From NCBI GenBank assembly GCA_951406725.2, contig OX597827.1, positions 43,710,001 through 43,774,000 on the forward strand: a DNA stretch of 64,000 nt. Direction: 5' to 3'. The notes under the pieces were generated by a model, which did not search any database, was not told where the DNA came from, and saw only the letters and a list, made by a program, of their open reading frames with translations. This document shows, piece after piece, positions 14,927 to 33,518 of the stretch. A program made the translations under genes and the position numbers. The stretch's first letter is position 1. Every line of letters begins with the position of its first letter. The DNA comes from Octopus vulgaris (lineage: Eukaryota).

Positions 14927-15383
14927 GTGCTGAGTAAAAGAGAAAAGTTAGCAACTTTATTAGCGGAAATACTACCCGAAGGACAAGTAGTATTTCCACT
15001 AATAAAAACAACAAAAAGACCGGATTTAGTTCTATGGAACAGAGACCGGAGAATGGGAATTTTACTAGAACTGACAGTACCTTGGGAAGAGAACATCGGC
15101 AACGCAGAGGAACGAAAGGAGAAGAGGTATGAAAAGCTAATCGAAGAATGCAGAGAACAGGGATGGAATGTCGAATATTATCACCTGGCAGTGGGGGCTA
15201 CAGGCTTCATTGAAAAGAAAATGACAACACTTTTCAAAAGAGGATTTGTTTTCTTCTAGCCCCGAGCTGCGTAAACTAATAAGGAGAGTACAGGAGGCGG
15301 TCGAAAAAGCCAGCTTTTATATATGGCTGAAGCGGGAAGACCGAAAATGGCTTAAAAGTCATAAACACGCCGACGGGAAATAA
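14927..15383 (+). pseudogene. RLE domain / ORF C-terminus with frameshift near 15250
   Basis: ORF 14927-15259 continues in another frame as SPELRKLIRRVQEAVEKASFYIWLKREDRKW...* to 15383, a typical RLE-LINE C-terminal motif. Confidence 0.8.
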
Positions 15384-15848
15384 CATCATTAGGTGAGACA
15401 AGCTGACTGACAGGTGACGGTCGTTTAGAAAAAGTGTGGGCTAAAACTACGCGCCTTCACTAGTCAGTTAAGGTGAGACAGTGTCACGTGACAACTTGCT
15501 GGGGCTGCCTGCTGGAGCCTATGCGGCAGGTATTTAAAGGGAGAAATTTGACGTTTCAGACAGTCAACGGTTGACACTCGCTGACGATACATCGAAGAGG
15601 CCAGGGAAAAAAAAAGAAGAAAGAAGACATGCACCCAACACCAGAGCTGAAGACACCTCCGAAAGAGGGGGGGGGGCACCACATCAAAACGGTAGAGGAG
15701 TAGGGGCCGAAACCGGACGTGGTTCCTCCTGATGATGTCTTGAGCTAACTGGATCCTATAAAGGAGCTGTTGTGGTAGCAGACCACGAAACCCGGTTGTA
15801 ATTCCTGGGGAAATTACACGGTTAAAAATATTGTAAGGGGCAGGACAA

Positions 15849-15850
<2 letters not shown>
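14930..15850 (+). mobile_element. 5'-truncated non-LTR retrotransposon with restriction-like endonuclease (HERO/R4-like), with 3' UTR, ending at (TA)n
   Basis: RPDLVLW...ELTVPWEEN...ERKEKRYEKL...C...GW...AVGATGF is the PD-(D/E)xK RLE signature of early-branching LINEs; about 470 bp of UTR-like sequence follows. Confidence 0.85.
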
Positions 15851-15905
<55 letters not shown>

Positions 15906-16093
15906 TCGTGAGATATATTGTGATTGGAATTTAAATATTTAAGCAGTGTATGTTATTTTGTTTTATTTGCCATAGAATTAAAACCGCTCAAGTAAATAAA
16001 AACCTTGTGTCTATTCTCTATATCGTTTTGTGTACAGTACTTGCATATAATATAAAGTAAGATAAAATATTGCGTAAAAAGGAATATGCAATT

Positions 16094-16255
<162 letters not shown>

Positions 16256-17754
16256 CATATATATCTATCTTTTTCATTCATTAGACTACAACCATACTGA
16301 AGCACCGCGTTGAAGAATTTTAATCGAGCGATTAGATCCCAGTATTTATTCTTTTTAAACCAGGTAATTGTTTTATCGATCCGCTAGAGTACGTGGATGT
16401 AAACACAGTAACACCGGCTGTCATGCGGTGGTGGGATAGAAACACAGAAAGAAGCACACATGTACGCACACACACACACTTTCTTCTTTATGTCCCTTTT
16501 CTTTCTCTCACTCCCCCTCTCATAATTTTTGGCCCTCTCTTTCTTTAATTCCTACTTTTACTCCTCGTTTATCTCCCTTGTACCTTTGTCATTGTCCCTT
16601 CAATTTTCTCGCTTTCTTCCCCTAATCCTACAATCCCTCTGTCCCTACCCCTTTCTCCTCCTTCTACGTGACCGGTGTTCGGCCTGGCATGATCTTTCTT
16701 TCTTGGCTTGACAGCCGACCACTCACATCTCTTATGTCCATCTCCTATGTTCTTGCATCAAGGCTTTCACTCTATACACGCCAGCTCAATTTGGTTCGCT
16801 CTCAGTCGAAAGACACTTGTTGTTTGTATTTGTAATTGTATAACATGTTCTCCGTTTTTTTTTTGCCTTTGTTGTACACATTCGCTTGCTTTCTCACAAA
16901 TAAATTTAATGCTTTTAGCTTAGACTTTGGGGGGAGGGCAACCAGATTTGAACAGTCTCAAGTGTAACTCCCTGAAACTGTAAGGACAATCCGGGAACTT
17001 GACTGATGGGAGAAGGCCACGAACGACTTGTCCTTATTTTTTTTCCTGTCTATCTGTCCGGATGTTTTATTGTCCTCTATTGCGTTTTAGTTCCATATAT
17101 ATAAGCTCGTCTTCCTAGCGTCCATAATAATTTTTCCGTCGTCCTGGTTTAACAACCCTCACCGTTTGTTTTTACTGTCTTGTTCTCACTGTCCTGTTCT
17201 TGTTACCATTTTCATCCTCCGCAAAAATCCCAAATTTTATTTAATTTTCTTTGCGGGAAGGATTGTTTCAACGAAGTCGCGTATTGTCCTTGCCCTCGAG
17301 CGCGGAGTATATGAAACAGGGATAACTGATGAAGGAGAATATTCTTTATGTTGTATGTCTCGTTTCTCTGTTTGTTTTTTCGTTGCTCGAAAAAAGGTCG
17401 TTTTCTATGTTTTTGTTTTGATGCTTTCGTTTCTCATTGTGTTCAACGTTTTTTTTATGTCCTGCACCCATATATGCATGTATATATATATATATATGTA
17501 AGTATGTACATATATATCTCTATATATGTATATATGCATATATTTATATATTATTTATATTATATATATGTATGTATGTATATTAACATACATATGACAG
17601 GTTTCTTTCATTTTCCCACCACCACCACCCCCACCAGTACTACTACTACAACCAAACCACTAGACTTCATAGGCAAGTTTCCGTCTACTCAACATCACTG
17701 ATGCTATCACCGCTCCATCACCACACCCAACAACAACAATGCCACCAACACCAC

Positions 17755-17775
17755 CACTACTACTACTACTGCTGA

Positions 17776-17807
<32 letters not shown>

Positions 17808-17813
17808 ACTACT

Positions 17814-17846
<33 letters not shown>

Positions 17847-17891
17847 CACTACTACTACTACTACTGCTACTACTACTACTACTACTACTAC

Positions 17892-17926
<35 letters not shown>
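17755..17926. repeat. (ACT)n switching to (AGT)n: self-complementary microsatellite
   Basis: actactactagtagtagt junction at ~17893. Confidence 0.9.
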
Positions 17927-17927
<1 letters not shown>

Positions 17928-18255
17928 GCTTTACAGAATTAGGTAGACGAGGTTCCGTTTACCCAATTTCGCTCACAATAGAAGCTCCTCAGATGAAGTG
18001 AACCCACGATTCAAATATTCAGTCTTGTTACACACACATGCACATACTTTATCGCACTGGTTCTGCCTAAGAATTACGTTAAGGATACACGTGCCTGTAG
18101 AATATTCGGACACTAATTGGCTAATTTAGTGAGCAGTAAATTCAGTCGGCTGAGCAATTGATCACTAAATCCTCGTCGTCAATCGACTAAGATCCAACTC
18201 CCTTCTTGACCCAACGTATCATTAAATGACATTTGATAATTACTTTCCCAGCCTG

Positions 18256-18258
<3 letters not shown>

Positions 18259-18288
<30 letters not shown>

Positions 18289-18742
18289 CTTCTTCTTCTT
18301 CTTCTTCTTCTTCTTCTTCTTCTTCTTCTTCTTCTTCTTCTCCTCCTCCCCCGCCTTCTTTCTTATCCTTCTTTTCCTTCTTCTACTTCTACTTCTACCT
18401 CTTCTTCTTCCTTTGCCTCCTCCTCCGCCTTCTTTACTTCCTTCTTTTCCGTCTTCTTCTTCTCCTTCTTCTTCTTCTTCTTCTTCTTCTTCTTCTTCTT
18501 CTTCTTCTTGCGCCTCCTCCTTCCTCCTCGCTTTCTTTTCCTCCTCCTCCTCCTCCTTCTCCTACCCCTCTTTTTTTCTTCTTTCGCTTCCTCCTCTTTT
18601 TTCTCATCATCCTCTTCCACCTCAACTTCTTTTTCTTCTTCCTTCTTTTTCCTTCTCCATCTTCTTCTTCTTCCTTGACCTCCTCCTTCTCCTACTCTTC
18701 TGTCTCCTTCTTCTTTCTCTCCTCCCCCTTCTTCTGTCTTCA
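18259..18742. repeat. (CTT)n/(CCT)n polypyrimidine block
   Basis: direct reading. Confidence 0.95.
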
Positions 18743-19881
18743 TTCATTAAAACAACACAATGTCGTTTCAGGGAGATATAACCGCCATTCCTAACAGGTC
18801 GTTGAACTGCATAGTGGTTCCATTGTAGTCGTTCGTTTCCATTCTTGTAGCAAGACTGGTTACGATATTAATATGTGTAGAGGCCATTTTGATAACAATT
18901 GTATTAAACCTTCTTTTCGAGACATCATAAGGAAAGGCACGATATATTTATGATGTTTAACATAGGATTTGGCAGTGTCATAAATATTTACGTTTCAACA
19001 AACAGTGGGAGCGGTTATAAAGAGGATATGAAACATGGGGTGACAAAGGAATAAAAAAAATCTTACCATTTTATTCTGATTTATGTTCGTTTTTATATCT
19101 GCATCAACGCTGGTTTCAAATAATGTTGCATGACGGATTGTCAACAGGAAATTGTGCAGCAAATATAACAGTGAGAGAGACAGAGCGAGAGAAGTGATAA
19201 GAGAGAGAGAGAGAAAGGCGATATGAGAGAGAAGACAAAGCCATGAGATAAACCCGTTTCTTAGGCGTTTGAAGTCAATAAAATATTGATTCAGCATCAA
19301 GAATTAGATACAACGTGAGCCAGAGAGATTGAAACTCTTCAAGGTGACTTGATCTATTAGAAACAGGAGCTAAACATTCAATTAAATCAGACAGATATCA
19401 CAGGGCAAATTCGCTGATATAACCCTATAGGGTGACGATGGTGACGGTGATGGCACAGACGGTGGCGGTAACGGTAATGGCGGTGGTGGTGTTGGCGGTG
19501 ATTGTGGTGGCATTTGATCTTCTGATCGATCCGAGGGAACTATCATTCCACGTTTTATTTTTCTTTATAATTTTTTTTTTTTAATTACTGATAACATATG
19601 TCAGTTATTACTCCAGAAAGAAGTGTCTCAATTTTATCTGTGACATGGCACGATTTTGAAATTAGAATACATAGCGTTGAAACACACCGCGAGGCTTCCC
19701 TTCAACAAATCCACCAGTCCAACGGCCTGAGTTGGAACATTTTTTTTTTTATATCATCTCGAAAAGATGAAAATCAAAGTTGACCTCGACATGGTTTGAA
19801 CTTAGAGCAGAGACAGTCAGTCAAAAGCATTCTATCCAACAATCTAATGACTTTGCCAATTCGATTCCTCAAGTCATACAG

Positions 19882-19914
<33 letters not shown>

Positions 19915-19960
<46 letters not shown>

Positions 19961-20123
19961 CCCAACACCGCTTGACAACCGATGCTGGTGTGTTTACGTC
20001 CCCGTAACTTAACGGTTCGGCAAAAGAGACAGATAGAATGAGTACTAGGCTAACAAAGAATAGGTCCTGGGGTCTATTTGTTCGACTAAAGGCGGTGGCC
20101 ATACTGGAGCACCGCCTTTAGTC
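19915..20123 (+). mobile_element. family 1 SINE 3' half with a short terminal inversion
   Basis: tail sequence match; gactaaaggcggtg (20084-97) inverted at 20110-20123. Confidence 0.8.
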
Positions 20124-20347
20124 TGACCATCGTAATTTCAAAGGCATGAAACTAATAGTAGCTCGAATGTAAACCCTTTGTGCAATGTTTCGCTGTATGT
20201 AGTTATTGTTAGTACTGTTAGTGTTTAGCTGCAGGTGACGTCATGATTGATCAGAGAAGGCCTTTATATCTCTTCAACCTGGTAGGGAGATAAAAAAAAA
20301 GATGGCATGAAGTGGTTTACTGATTTAAACTTGTGCTGATTAATATA

Positions 20348-20578
20348 TATTTCTTTACTACCCACAACGGGCTAAACATAGAGGGGACAAACAAGGACAG
20401 ACAAACAGATTAAGTCGATTACATCGACCCCAGTGCGTAACTGGTACTTAATTTATCGACACCGAAAGGATGAAAGGCAAAGTCGACCTCGGCGGAATTT
20501 GAACTCGGAACGTAACGACAGACGAAATACTGCTACGAATTTCGCCCGGCGTGCTAACGTTTCTACCAGCTCGCCGCC
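20348..20578 (-). mobile_element. full-length tRNA-derived SINE family 2 with 16-bp TSD
   Basis: tgtgctgattaatata at 20332-20347 and 20579-20594; head ggcggcgagctggtagaaacgttagc...gagttcaaattcc; central gcctttcatcctttcgg-gtcgataaa resembles the Deu/Nin SINE domain (from memory). Confidence 0.9.
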
Positions 20579-21065
20579 TGTGCTGATTAATATACGTTCG
20601 TTAACACCCATCTATTTGATCTATATGTACATACAATTCATATTACTGCTCTCTTTGACCACCAAACCCCAGAAACAGCTGTAAAGAACTATCTGCATTC
20701 TCTATTATCTGCGAAGTTTGAATTATAATTTCCAGGATGTTTAACTACCTATATCTTGACAATATCTCAGCAGTGACTTTCCAGTACGAACTGGAATCCC
20801 CATAAGCCTCTTTGGGGAATCACCATAAATTCTTGCTCTGCTGATGTTTCTAGCTTTCTGATAAATCTATGTCTTTTTTATATTCACTTATAAATAATTT
20901 GACACCTTTGCAAATAACCTATCTTTTCTTTTATTGGTCTTTTATCACCTCGGCCGACATATTACCATTATCGAACTCTTAATATCCCTAATTCCGTTTT
21001 CTGCTGTTCTACGCTGGACTGTGGAACAATGTCCCATGCAACAGACTTGAATAATTAAGATCTTT

Positions 21066-21108
<43 letters not shown>

Positions 21109-22384
21109 CTCTCTTTCTCTTCCTTTCTCCCACTCTCTTAACGTGAAACCAATGGTAGCCTGGTTAACTTAAAGATAAAGAATATAAGAATATTTATCCA
21201 CCAATGCGATACAGAGGAGTCAGTCACACCGTTCGATATTAACACACACACACACACCCACACACACACGCACGAACACATACACACACGCACACACATG
21301 CACGTGCTCGCGCGCACACGCTCACGCACACACACACATACACACACATATATAAATATGTTTATGATATGATTTTCGAGAAGTAGTATAGCACTCGATC
21401 GGACAGCAGAGACCAAGTGTTATGGTGGATTCGTGGAAGCAACATTGGAAAGTTTAAATTCAGATACAACACCCATGTCTTTTAACCTTTGTATACCCCG
21501 AGAAGAAACATGTTACAACCCTCGCGGCATTAATCTGGAAACACAAGGATAAGAACATCAGCTATCACGTCAAGTGGAAGATCCTTTCTAAGACCAAACT
21601 TTATATTAACGGCAAAAAAAGATATCTGGTATACTTACTTCAAAACTATATATTTTAAAAGAATTAAGAACTTCCAGTAACTGTATAAATACCAGGTGAT
21701 AGATTTCTTTTTTTTATGTCAGCATTTTACGAAATGCTTCTTAGTGGAATTTAAGGGTAAATAACTGGACACATTATAAACCAATCCATTGTTGGCTTAG
21801 TAATTTTGATATTCGTAAAATACTTAGGGTGAATTTGATTATCTCCCTTGTATTTTTCTATGTTTTTCTCTAAATATGCTTGCTAATCCAAACGTCAATT
21901 GCATCAAACGCAGCTACTAAGCCGCCTTGTTTTTATCAGCTTGAATAATGTCGAAATAAATTAATATTTCGACCAAGAAACCCTTGGTAGCTGTGTTTCA
22001 CAACGTTTTCTTCTATTTTATATTAACATTTGTGTGTGTCAGTATGTGTGTGCTTGTGTGTGTGTTTGTATGTGTGTATGTATGTGCATGTGTGAGTATG
22101 TATGTATACATATATAGATATTTATATACATATGCACATATGCGTGTATATATACATATACATACATATACATACATACATACATACATACATACATACA
22201 TACATACATACATGCATACATACATACATACATATATATATATATACACACACACAAACACACATGTGTTTACCTGCAGATTATTCGATGTAACTCACTG
22301 GTAAATTCATTATAACTTTTAATCCTAGGGGCTAAAATATTCCGAATAAAACCCTGCAAACAGAAGCGGAAGCAACAAGGAAAC

Positions 22385-27430
<5,046 letters not shown>

Positions 27431-27512
27431 TCACTTTTTCCACTGTTTTCAATATAGATATTAACGTTGTTAGAATTATGTATACATGCATATATGTGTA
27501 TATTCATATATG

Positions 27513-27545
<33 letters not shown>

Positions 27546-27593
27546 TTATATGTGTGTGTATGCACATATAAATATGTATGCATATATATATAT

Positions 27594-27667
<74 letters not shown>

Positions 27668-27810
27668 ATGTGTGTGTGTGTGTGTGTGTATTTGAAAACG
27701 TTATGAAAAATGGTGTTGTGGATACCGGCATCTGAAACTCAGAGTTTTATCTTGACTACCGAGTAATGTAACATATGTATAGATAAATTTCCTCTATTTA
27801 CATAATATTG

Positions 27811-27895
<85 letters not shown>

Positions 27896-27899
27896 TAGT

Positions 27900-28100
27900 C
27901 AATTAAAAAACACAGAGATAAAGAAAAAAACAAACGTGAGGACGTGGTACAAGCGATGCATTAATAAGAAAGAAAGAAGAGAGTAGTTGTTTTACGTTTC
28001 GAGCATAGCTCTTCTTCGGAAACAAGAATAACAGGCCAGTCCAAAGGGACGTACGGTTATATTTCTGAAGTGACCTGGAGTAGAAGGAATGAAGAGAAAG
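27900..28100 (-). mobile_element. Penelope-like 3' end remnant with minimal hammerhead motif (27989-28023)
   Basis: minus strand gttt-CCGAAGA-a-gagc-tat-gctc-GAAA-c-GTA-aaac, preceded by FRNITVRPFGL resembling the PLE GIY-YIG C-terminal 'TLxPxGLN'; related to 58510-58645. Confidence 0.65.
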
Positions 28101-28487
28101 TGCTTTCTAGGACAGGAGTGTGTGAAGATGGTCGGTGTGTGTGTGTATGTGTATTTGTGTGTGTGTATTGGTGTGTGTGTATTGGTGTGTGTGTGTGTGT
28201 GTACGTGTGGTAACGTGTGTTTCTGCGGCAGTGACTGCATGTGTGCGGGTGGTGGTAACTGCGTGTGTGCGTGTCTGGTATGTGTCTGGTGTGTGTCTCT
28301 GTGTGTGTCTATCGTAGCTTGTGTCTGTTTGTGGTAGGATATGTGTGCGTGTCTCTTAATGTCATTCTGAGCGGTGAGCAGTTATAATGATAGCTATGTG
28401 AATGGGTGGGCATGGCGATGTGCGCGCACACGTTTGTAAACCATAAATATATGTATATATACGTATGTATATATATATATGTGTGTG

Positions 28488-28523
<36 letters not shown>

Positions 28524-28824
28524 TATACATATATAGACTATTTATATATATAATCCATATACACATATAAACCATATATACCTTTAAGCCATATACTATG
28601 TATACTTCGTATTCCGTTGTTCTTTCATTCGAATTTCTATATAAGCTCCGACACCTTGTCGGATATCTAAGTCTTTTCTCCATCGTTTGCCCTTGTGGCA
28701 AATAAAATCATCACCGCCTCCCTCGTTATCATTTTTACCAAAATAATCACCCCTCACTCCCGCCATTAACCGTCATCCATTAATCCTGCCGTTGTTGTCG
28801 CTATTGACATATTATTATTATTAT

Positions 28825-28910
<86 letters not shown>

Positions 28911-30144
28911 ATTTTGGTATTTTAAGTTGAATATGCATTGTTTTCGTCTTGGATGTTGTTGCGCTTGTATTCTTCCACGTTATTAACAATCCACACATAC
29001 AACAAACCGCCACCGCAACAGACAATTATCTCTACCATCAGCAACACTACCACCACAACTATCACAACAACAACTACCACTACTACTACTACTATTACTA
29101 CTACTACAATTACTACTTGCTGCTAACATTCACTGACCTCATTCCTTAAATTAAAAAAAAATCTGAAAATTAAAAAATAAAATAGGATAAAATAAAATAA
29201 AGACGTAAGCGAAGTGTTCCTGCGAGGCTTCAAGTAAGCAAATTGAATAAATATATTTAAAATATGGCGCTTATCATAATTCTTAATCATTGCGGTAATG
29301 AACTGTGTATGGTCTTCATTGACAACATAATGATGGTAACATCCCTCCCTAACTCCTTGCTCTTCTTTTCTTCCTCCTCCTCCTCCCTCTCCTCCATCTG
29401 TGTTACGCTCTATCACTTTCTCCCAGATTCCTCTCTCCCTCTCTGTTTCAGTATATATATATATATATATATAAGTGTGCGTATGTATGTATCCCTCTTT
29501 GTTTTTCTTCAATATATAGACACATGTAGGCTTACCCACACACATGCAGATGAAGACACATACACACTAATGTGATGCGTGTATTCTTTGTACATATATA
29601 TATATATATGAATATATGTATGCGCATATATGTAAACACACACATATGCATATGTTTAGGTACATGTATATGTGTATATATACACATATATATAAATATA
29701 CAATATACATATACAATATACATATACATATAATATGTGTATGTATGAAAGTATGCATGTATTCATGTATGAGTATTTATGTGCAAGTGTGTCTGTTTGT
29801 ATCTGTGTGTACGTGTGCTTGTGTGAGAGAAACGTGGTGAGAGAGAAGTGAGTTCGTGTGCGGGCAAATTACAGCTATGTACAGTGTTGTTAAATAAGAT
29901 TATATCGCCCAAATCATTCCGTCATTATGAGTTTTTCTGTTTTAACCCCCCACACACACACACACACTTGCATATTCATATATAAACATGTATTGATTTA
30001 TACACACACATGTTTACGTTGGAAGAATATCAGAATAACATGGCATCATTGTTGTTCTATGTGTGTCAATATAACCATTTATATACATATGCCTGTAATT
30101 ATACACATAAACATATATACACACATATGTCCCGTAATATATTC

Positions 30145-30272
30145 GTGGCCTAGTGGTTATGGTGTTTGGCTCATAATCATAATTTTGTTGGGTCGATTCC
30201 TAGACTAAGTAGCGCTGTGTGTCTGTGAGCAAAGCAAGGCACTTTATTTCACGTTGCTTCACTCTGCCCAGC
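30145..30272 (+). mobile_element. SINE family 3 fragment
   Basis: gtggcctagtggtta...gggtcgattcctagac...gagcaaagc...actttatttcacgttgc. Confidence 0.65.
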
Positions 30273-32209
30273 TGTGCCGCAACAGATGGAAAAAAAGTGA
30301 CGCGTGGAAAAAAAATGGACGACAGCCAACCGCTGAGAAATGCTGTTAGCATTGAGTGATTGCGAGAGGGTTAAAATACTTGGGCTTGATGTATTACTCT
30401 ACGATCTTTGTGATTACAGGCTCGACTAATTCCCACCATTGGTTGACATTTGTTTGGGACGTGTAGCGAAGGCATTCCATGTAGTACTATGAAATTGAAC
30501 TGCGATGCTACAGATGGAGAATGTAAACAAGGGCTATACTATCGATAGTCCCTGGAGGTTTCTGGGTGGTAAACACATGTGGTTGCAGCTTAGAGCTGTA
30601 TATCTGAGACAAACGAAAACCTACTTTGAGCACTTGATATCTGAAATAGTCTCAAGTTCTCACATTTCTCTAAAAGCCAGGCAATGAAGTTGCCAGTAGG
30701 TGAACAGTTGCATTCAGCAATGGTTTTTGTGTGGTTTTGTGAGGTTCTGTGGGAAAACTCTAGTTACTGGCGAAAACCTTCTGGATTACTTTCGACCTAT
30801 TAACTCGACAATTTTCCAGGTATGCGTGTGCTAGAAAATCCGATGGGTATTATAACCGGTTCGGTATAAAATCTATCGACATAGAAGTCCCGTCAGTAGG
30901 AATGTTAAATATCAAAGTCCATTTCCGTTAATAATTTTTACTTACTTTTTTTCTGTTCTGGTTTAAATTCGACTTCTATTTTTAGAATTAAAAAAAAAAG
31001 AACGCCAAAATCGATACCAATTTAATATAAAGTTATGAATTTTACTACTGCTGAAAAAAATTGAATCATTTACAGAAGGTTGACATATTTGTTACTAGAA
31101 ACAAATAATGTATGTCAATTTAATACATGACTTAACAATTTATAAGTTATATGTTTCATTATTTTCCTCTTTAATAGAGATGTGAATTGGAACATAGTTT
31201 GTGATCGTTCATCATTTTTTCGGAAGCAGTTAATACAATTCGTTTTGTTTTTCTAAGCCGATAGATATCAGTCTCCCATTTCAGAGAAACATTTTGAGAT
31301 TTTAATAATTCATGAGGTGCACTCAGAACAGCAAGATTCCAAACATTAAAGAATATATTCATTCTCAATATCGTCTGGCCGATTCGAATGGAAATGGCTG
31401 AACACGTGTTTTACATCATCGGAAAACGTCTCTCCTTTTAAATAATGCGTATTCATAACACATGCGATTCACCGATGTAAAGGGAGTCTATAAAGGGTGT
31501 TTCGACCTTATTCCGTGTCTCTTCAGTCAAAGCTAACATTTTGTTTTGAGAAATTTGAGAAAAAATTCAAGAATTGGGAAGATGGTAGAGGTAACTAGTG
31601 GGAAAAAGCAATAGAAATATTTTTGGTTGATTAAGAATCTTTGGAAAGGATAAGTTAGCAACACAGAATGATTAAAATTACTAAAATTAAGACTTTCTAA
31701 TTCAATACTCTGTGTCTTTGGTGTCAAGATTTTCAGTAATTTAATTTTTTAAGTATTATCTCATCGAAGGCACTGTTGAGCCTGTTAAAAATAAATTCTA
31801 AAAATCATATTTAAATTTATTTTAAGGATTGTGTGTTCATTAGATGCACTGATCCAAAACAAGTATCAAAAATTACTATTTTTCATTTAAATCAAATTTC
31901 TATTTTATATCAAAATAAAATAATCATTTATTCTGAAGTGATTAATTATTCTAAATTACAAGTAACTGAAAATATTCAAAAATATCTCAAAATATATTAT
32001 AATTTGATAAATTAATGGAACTGGGCATTAAATATTTATCATTGCCAAATTTATATGAAAAAAGTATTTTTTATTTATTTAAATGGTGATTTGCATTTGA
32101 ATTTCAATGGAACGAAATACTTCAAAAAGTTTTTCTTTTTAAATACTGAAAATTTTACAAAAATTTATTTGGTTTTGGTGGTTTTCTTTACGGTTTGAAT
32201 TTTTTATAC

Positions 32210-32432
32210 ACTCTCTTTTACTCTCTTTTACTCTTTTACTTGTTTCTGTCATTTGACTGTGGCCATGCTGGAGCACCGCCTTTAGCCGAGCACATCGAGC
32301 CCAGGACTTATTCTTTGTAAGCCTAGTACTTGTTCTACATGTCTCTTTTGCCGAACCGCTACGTTACAGGGACGTAAACACACCAGCATCGGTTGTCAAG
32401 CGATGTTGTGGGGGACAAACACAGACACACAA

Positions 32433-32482
<50 letters not shown>

Positions 32483-32646
32483 TCGACGGGCTTCTTTCAG
32501 TTTCCGTCTACCAAATCCACTCACAAGGCTTTGGTTGGCCCGAGGCTATAGTAGAAGATACTTGCCCAAGGTGCCACGCAGTGGGACTGAACTCGGAACC
32601 ATGTAGTTCGTAAGCAAGCTGCTTACCACACAGCCACTCCTACACC
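32210..32646 (-). mobile_element. full-length family 1 SINE
   Basis: tRNA-like head, ttgggcaagt CORE-like segment, internal (TA)/(TG) microsatellite, tail ending in (gagtaaaa)-like repeats. Confidence 0.92.
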
Positions 32647-32704
32647 TCTGTTTTTTTTCTGTTATTATTTTGTTTGTTTTTCTGTTGCCCTCCTCCAGAT
32701 TATC

Positions 32705-32865
32705 ATGTCTTAATGCAACAATGATTGCAAAAGATTGGGGAGAAGAAGACGCCAAACGCCATCACAAGGTTCTACATGGCAGCATCAAAGGCATCACCAA
32801 GTTGGCAACCTGATGTCAACCGTTTTTCGAAATCCTTCTTTGAAAAGACTCGCAATGTGCTCAAG
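32705..32865 (+). pseudogene. decayed histone H4 pseudogene
   Basis: codon-level match to the H4 N-terminus: MS*CNNDCKRLG/EEDAKRHHKVLHGSIKGITKLAT*C vs [37 protein letters not shown], then RFSKSFFEKTRNVLK vs RISGLIYEETRGVLK; stops, frameshift and deletion. Confidence 0.85.
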
Positions 32866-33126
32866 CTAGCCATCTGATGCCCGATTAGTCATGGTAGCCT
32901 GAAGCCTATCTCCGAACCTGGTCTGTTAGGAGACTCATGTATGCTCAAAATGTTTCATAACAATGTGGATGTGATCAACCCATTTTGATTCAAGCTGGTC
33001 AACTCATATTCACTGTTCATCTTTCTGATTTGTGTCATCCGATTCATCTGCTGCTAAGTTATTGACATTTTTTACCTTCGTCTCAGGTTCTTCGCTGTCA
33101 TTTTTATATAATTTACATATAATTTT

Positions 33127-33518
33127 GGCGCAGGAGTGGCTGTGTGGTAAGTAGCTTGCTTACCAACCACATAGTTCCGGGTTCAGTCCCACTGCGTGGA
33201 ACATTGGACAAGTGTCTTCTACTATAGCCTCGGGCCAACCAAAGCCTTGTGAGTGGATTTGGTAGACGGAAACTGAAAGAAGCCGTCGTATATATGTATA
33301 TGTATATGTGTGTGTGTTTGTGTATCGGTGTTTGTCCCCCAGCATCGCTCGACAACCAATGCTAGTGTGTTTACGTCCCCGTAACTTAGCGGTTCGGAAA
33401 ATGAGACTGATAGAGTAAGTACTAGATTTACAAAGAATAAGTCCACGGGTCGATTTGCTCGACCAAAGAAGGTGCTCCAGCATGGCTGCAGTCAAATGAC
33501 TGAAACGAGTAAAGAATA
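33127..33518 (+). mobile_element. full-length family 1 SINE
   Basis: ggcgcaggagtggctgtgtggtaag (A box)...gggttcagtccc (B box); CORE-like segment; internal microsatellite. Confidence 0.92.

Noticed and set aside
17312-17400. CTGATGA at ~17327 with nearby GAAA motifs
   Set aside because: Could not form stems I-III around the core
28620-28710. GQTMEKRLRY resembling the GIY-YIG 'YIGQT..RL' motif upstream of the 27.9-kb PLE remnant
   Set aside because: Too short and separated by microsatellites; could be chance
30360-30376. gagaggg|ttaa resembling a piggyBac terminus
   Set aside because: No matching opposite terminus found
33127-33200. SINE heads as functional tRNA genes
   Set aside because: A/B boxes are present but continue into SINE bodies and lack complete cloverleaves
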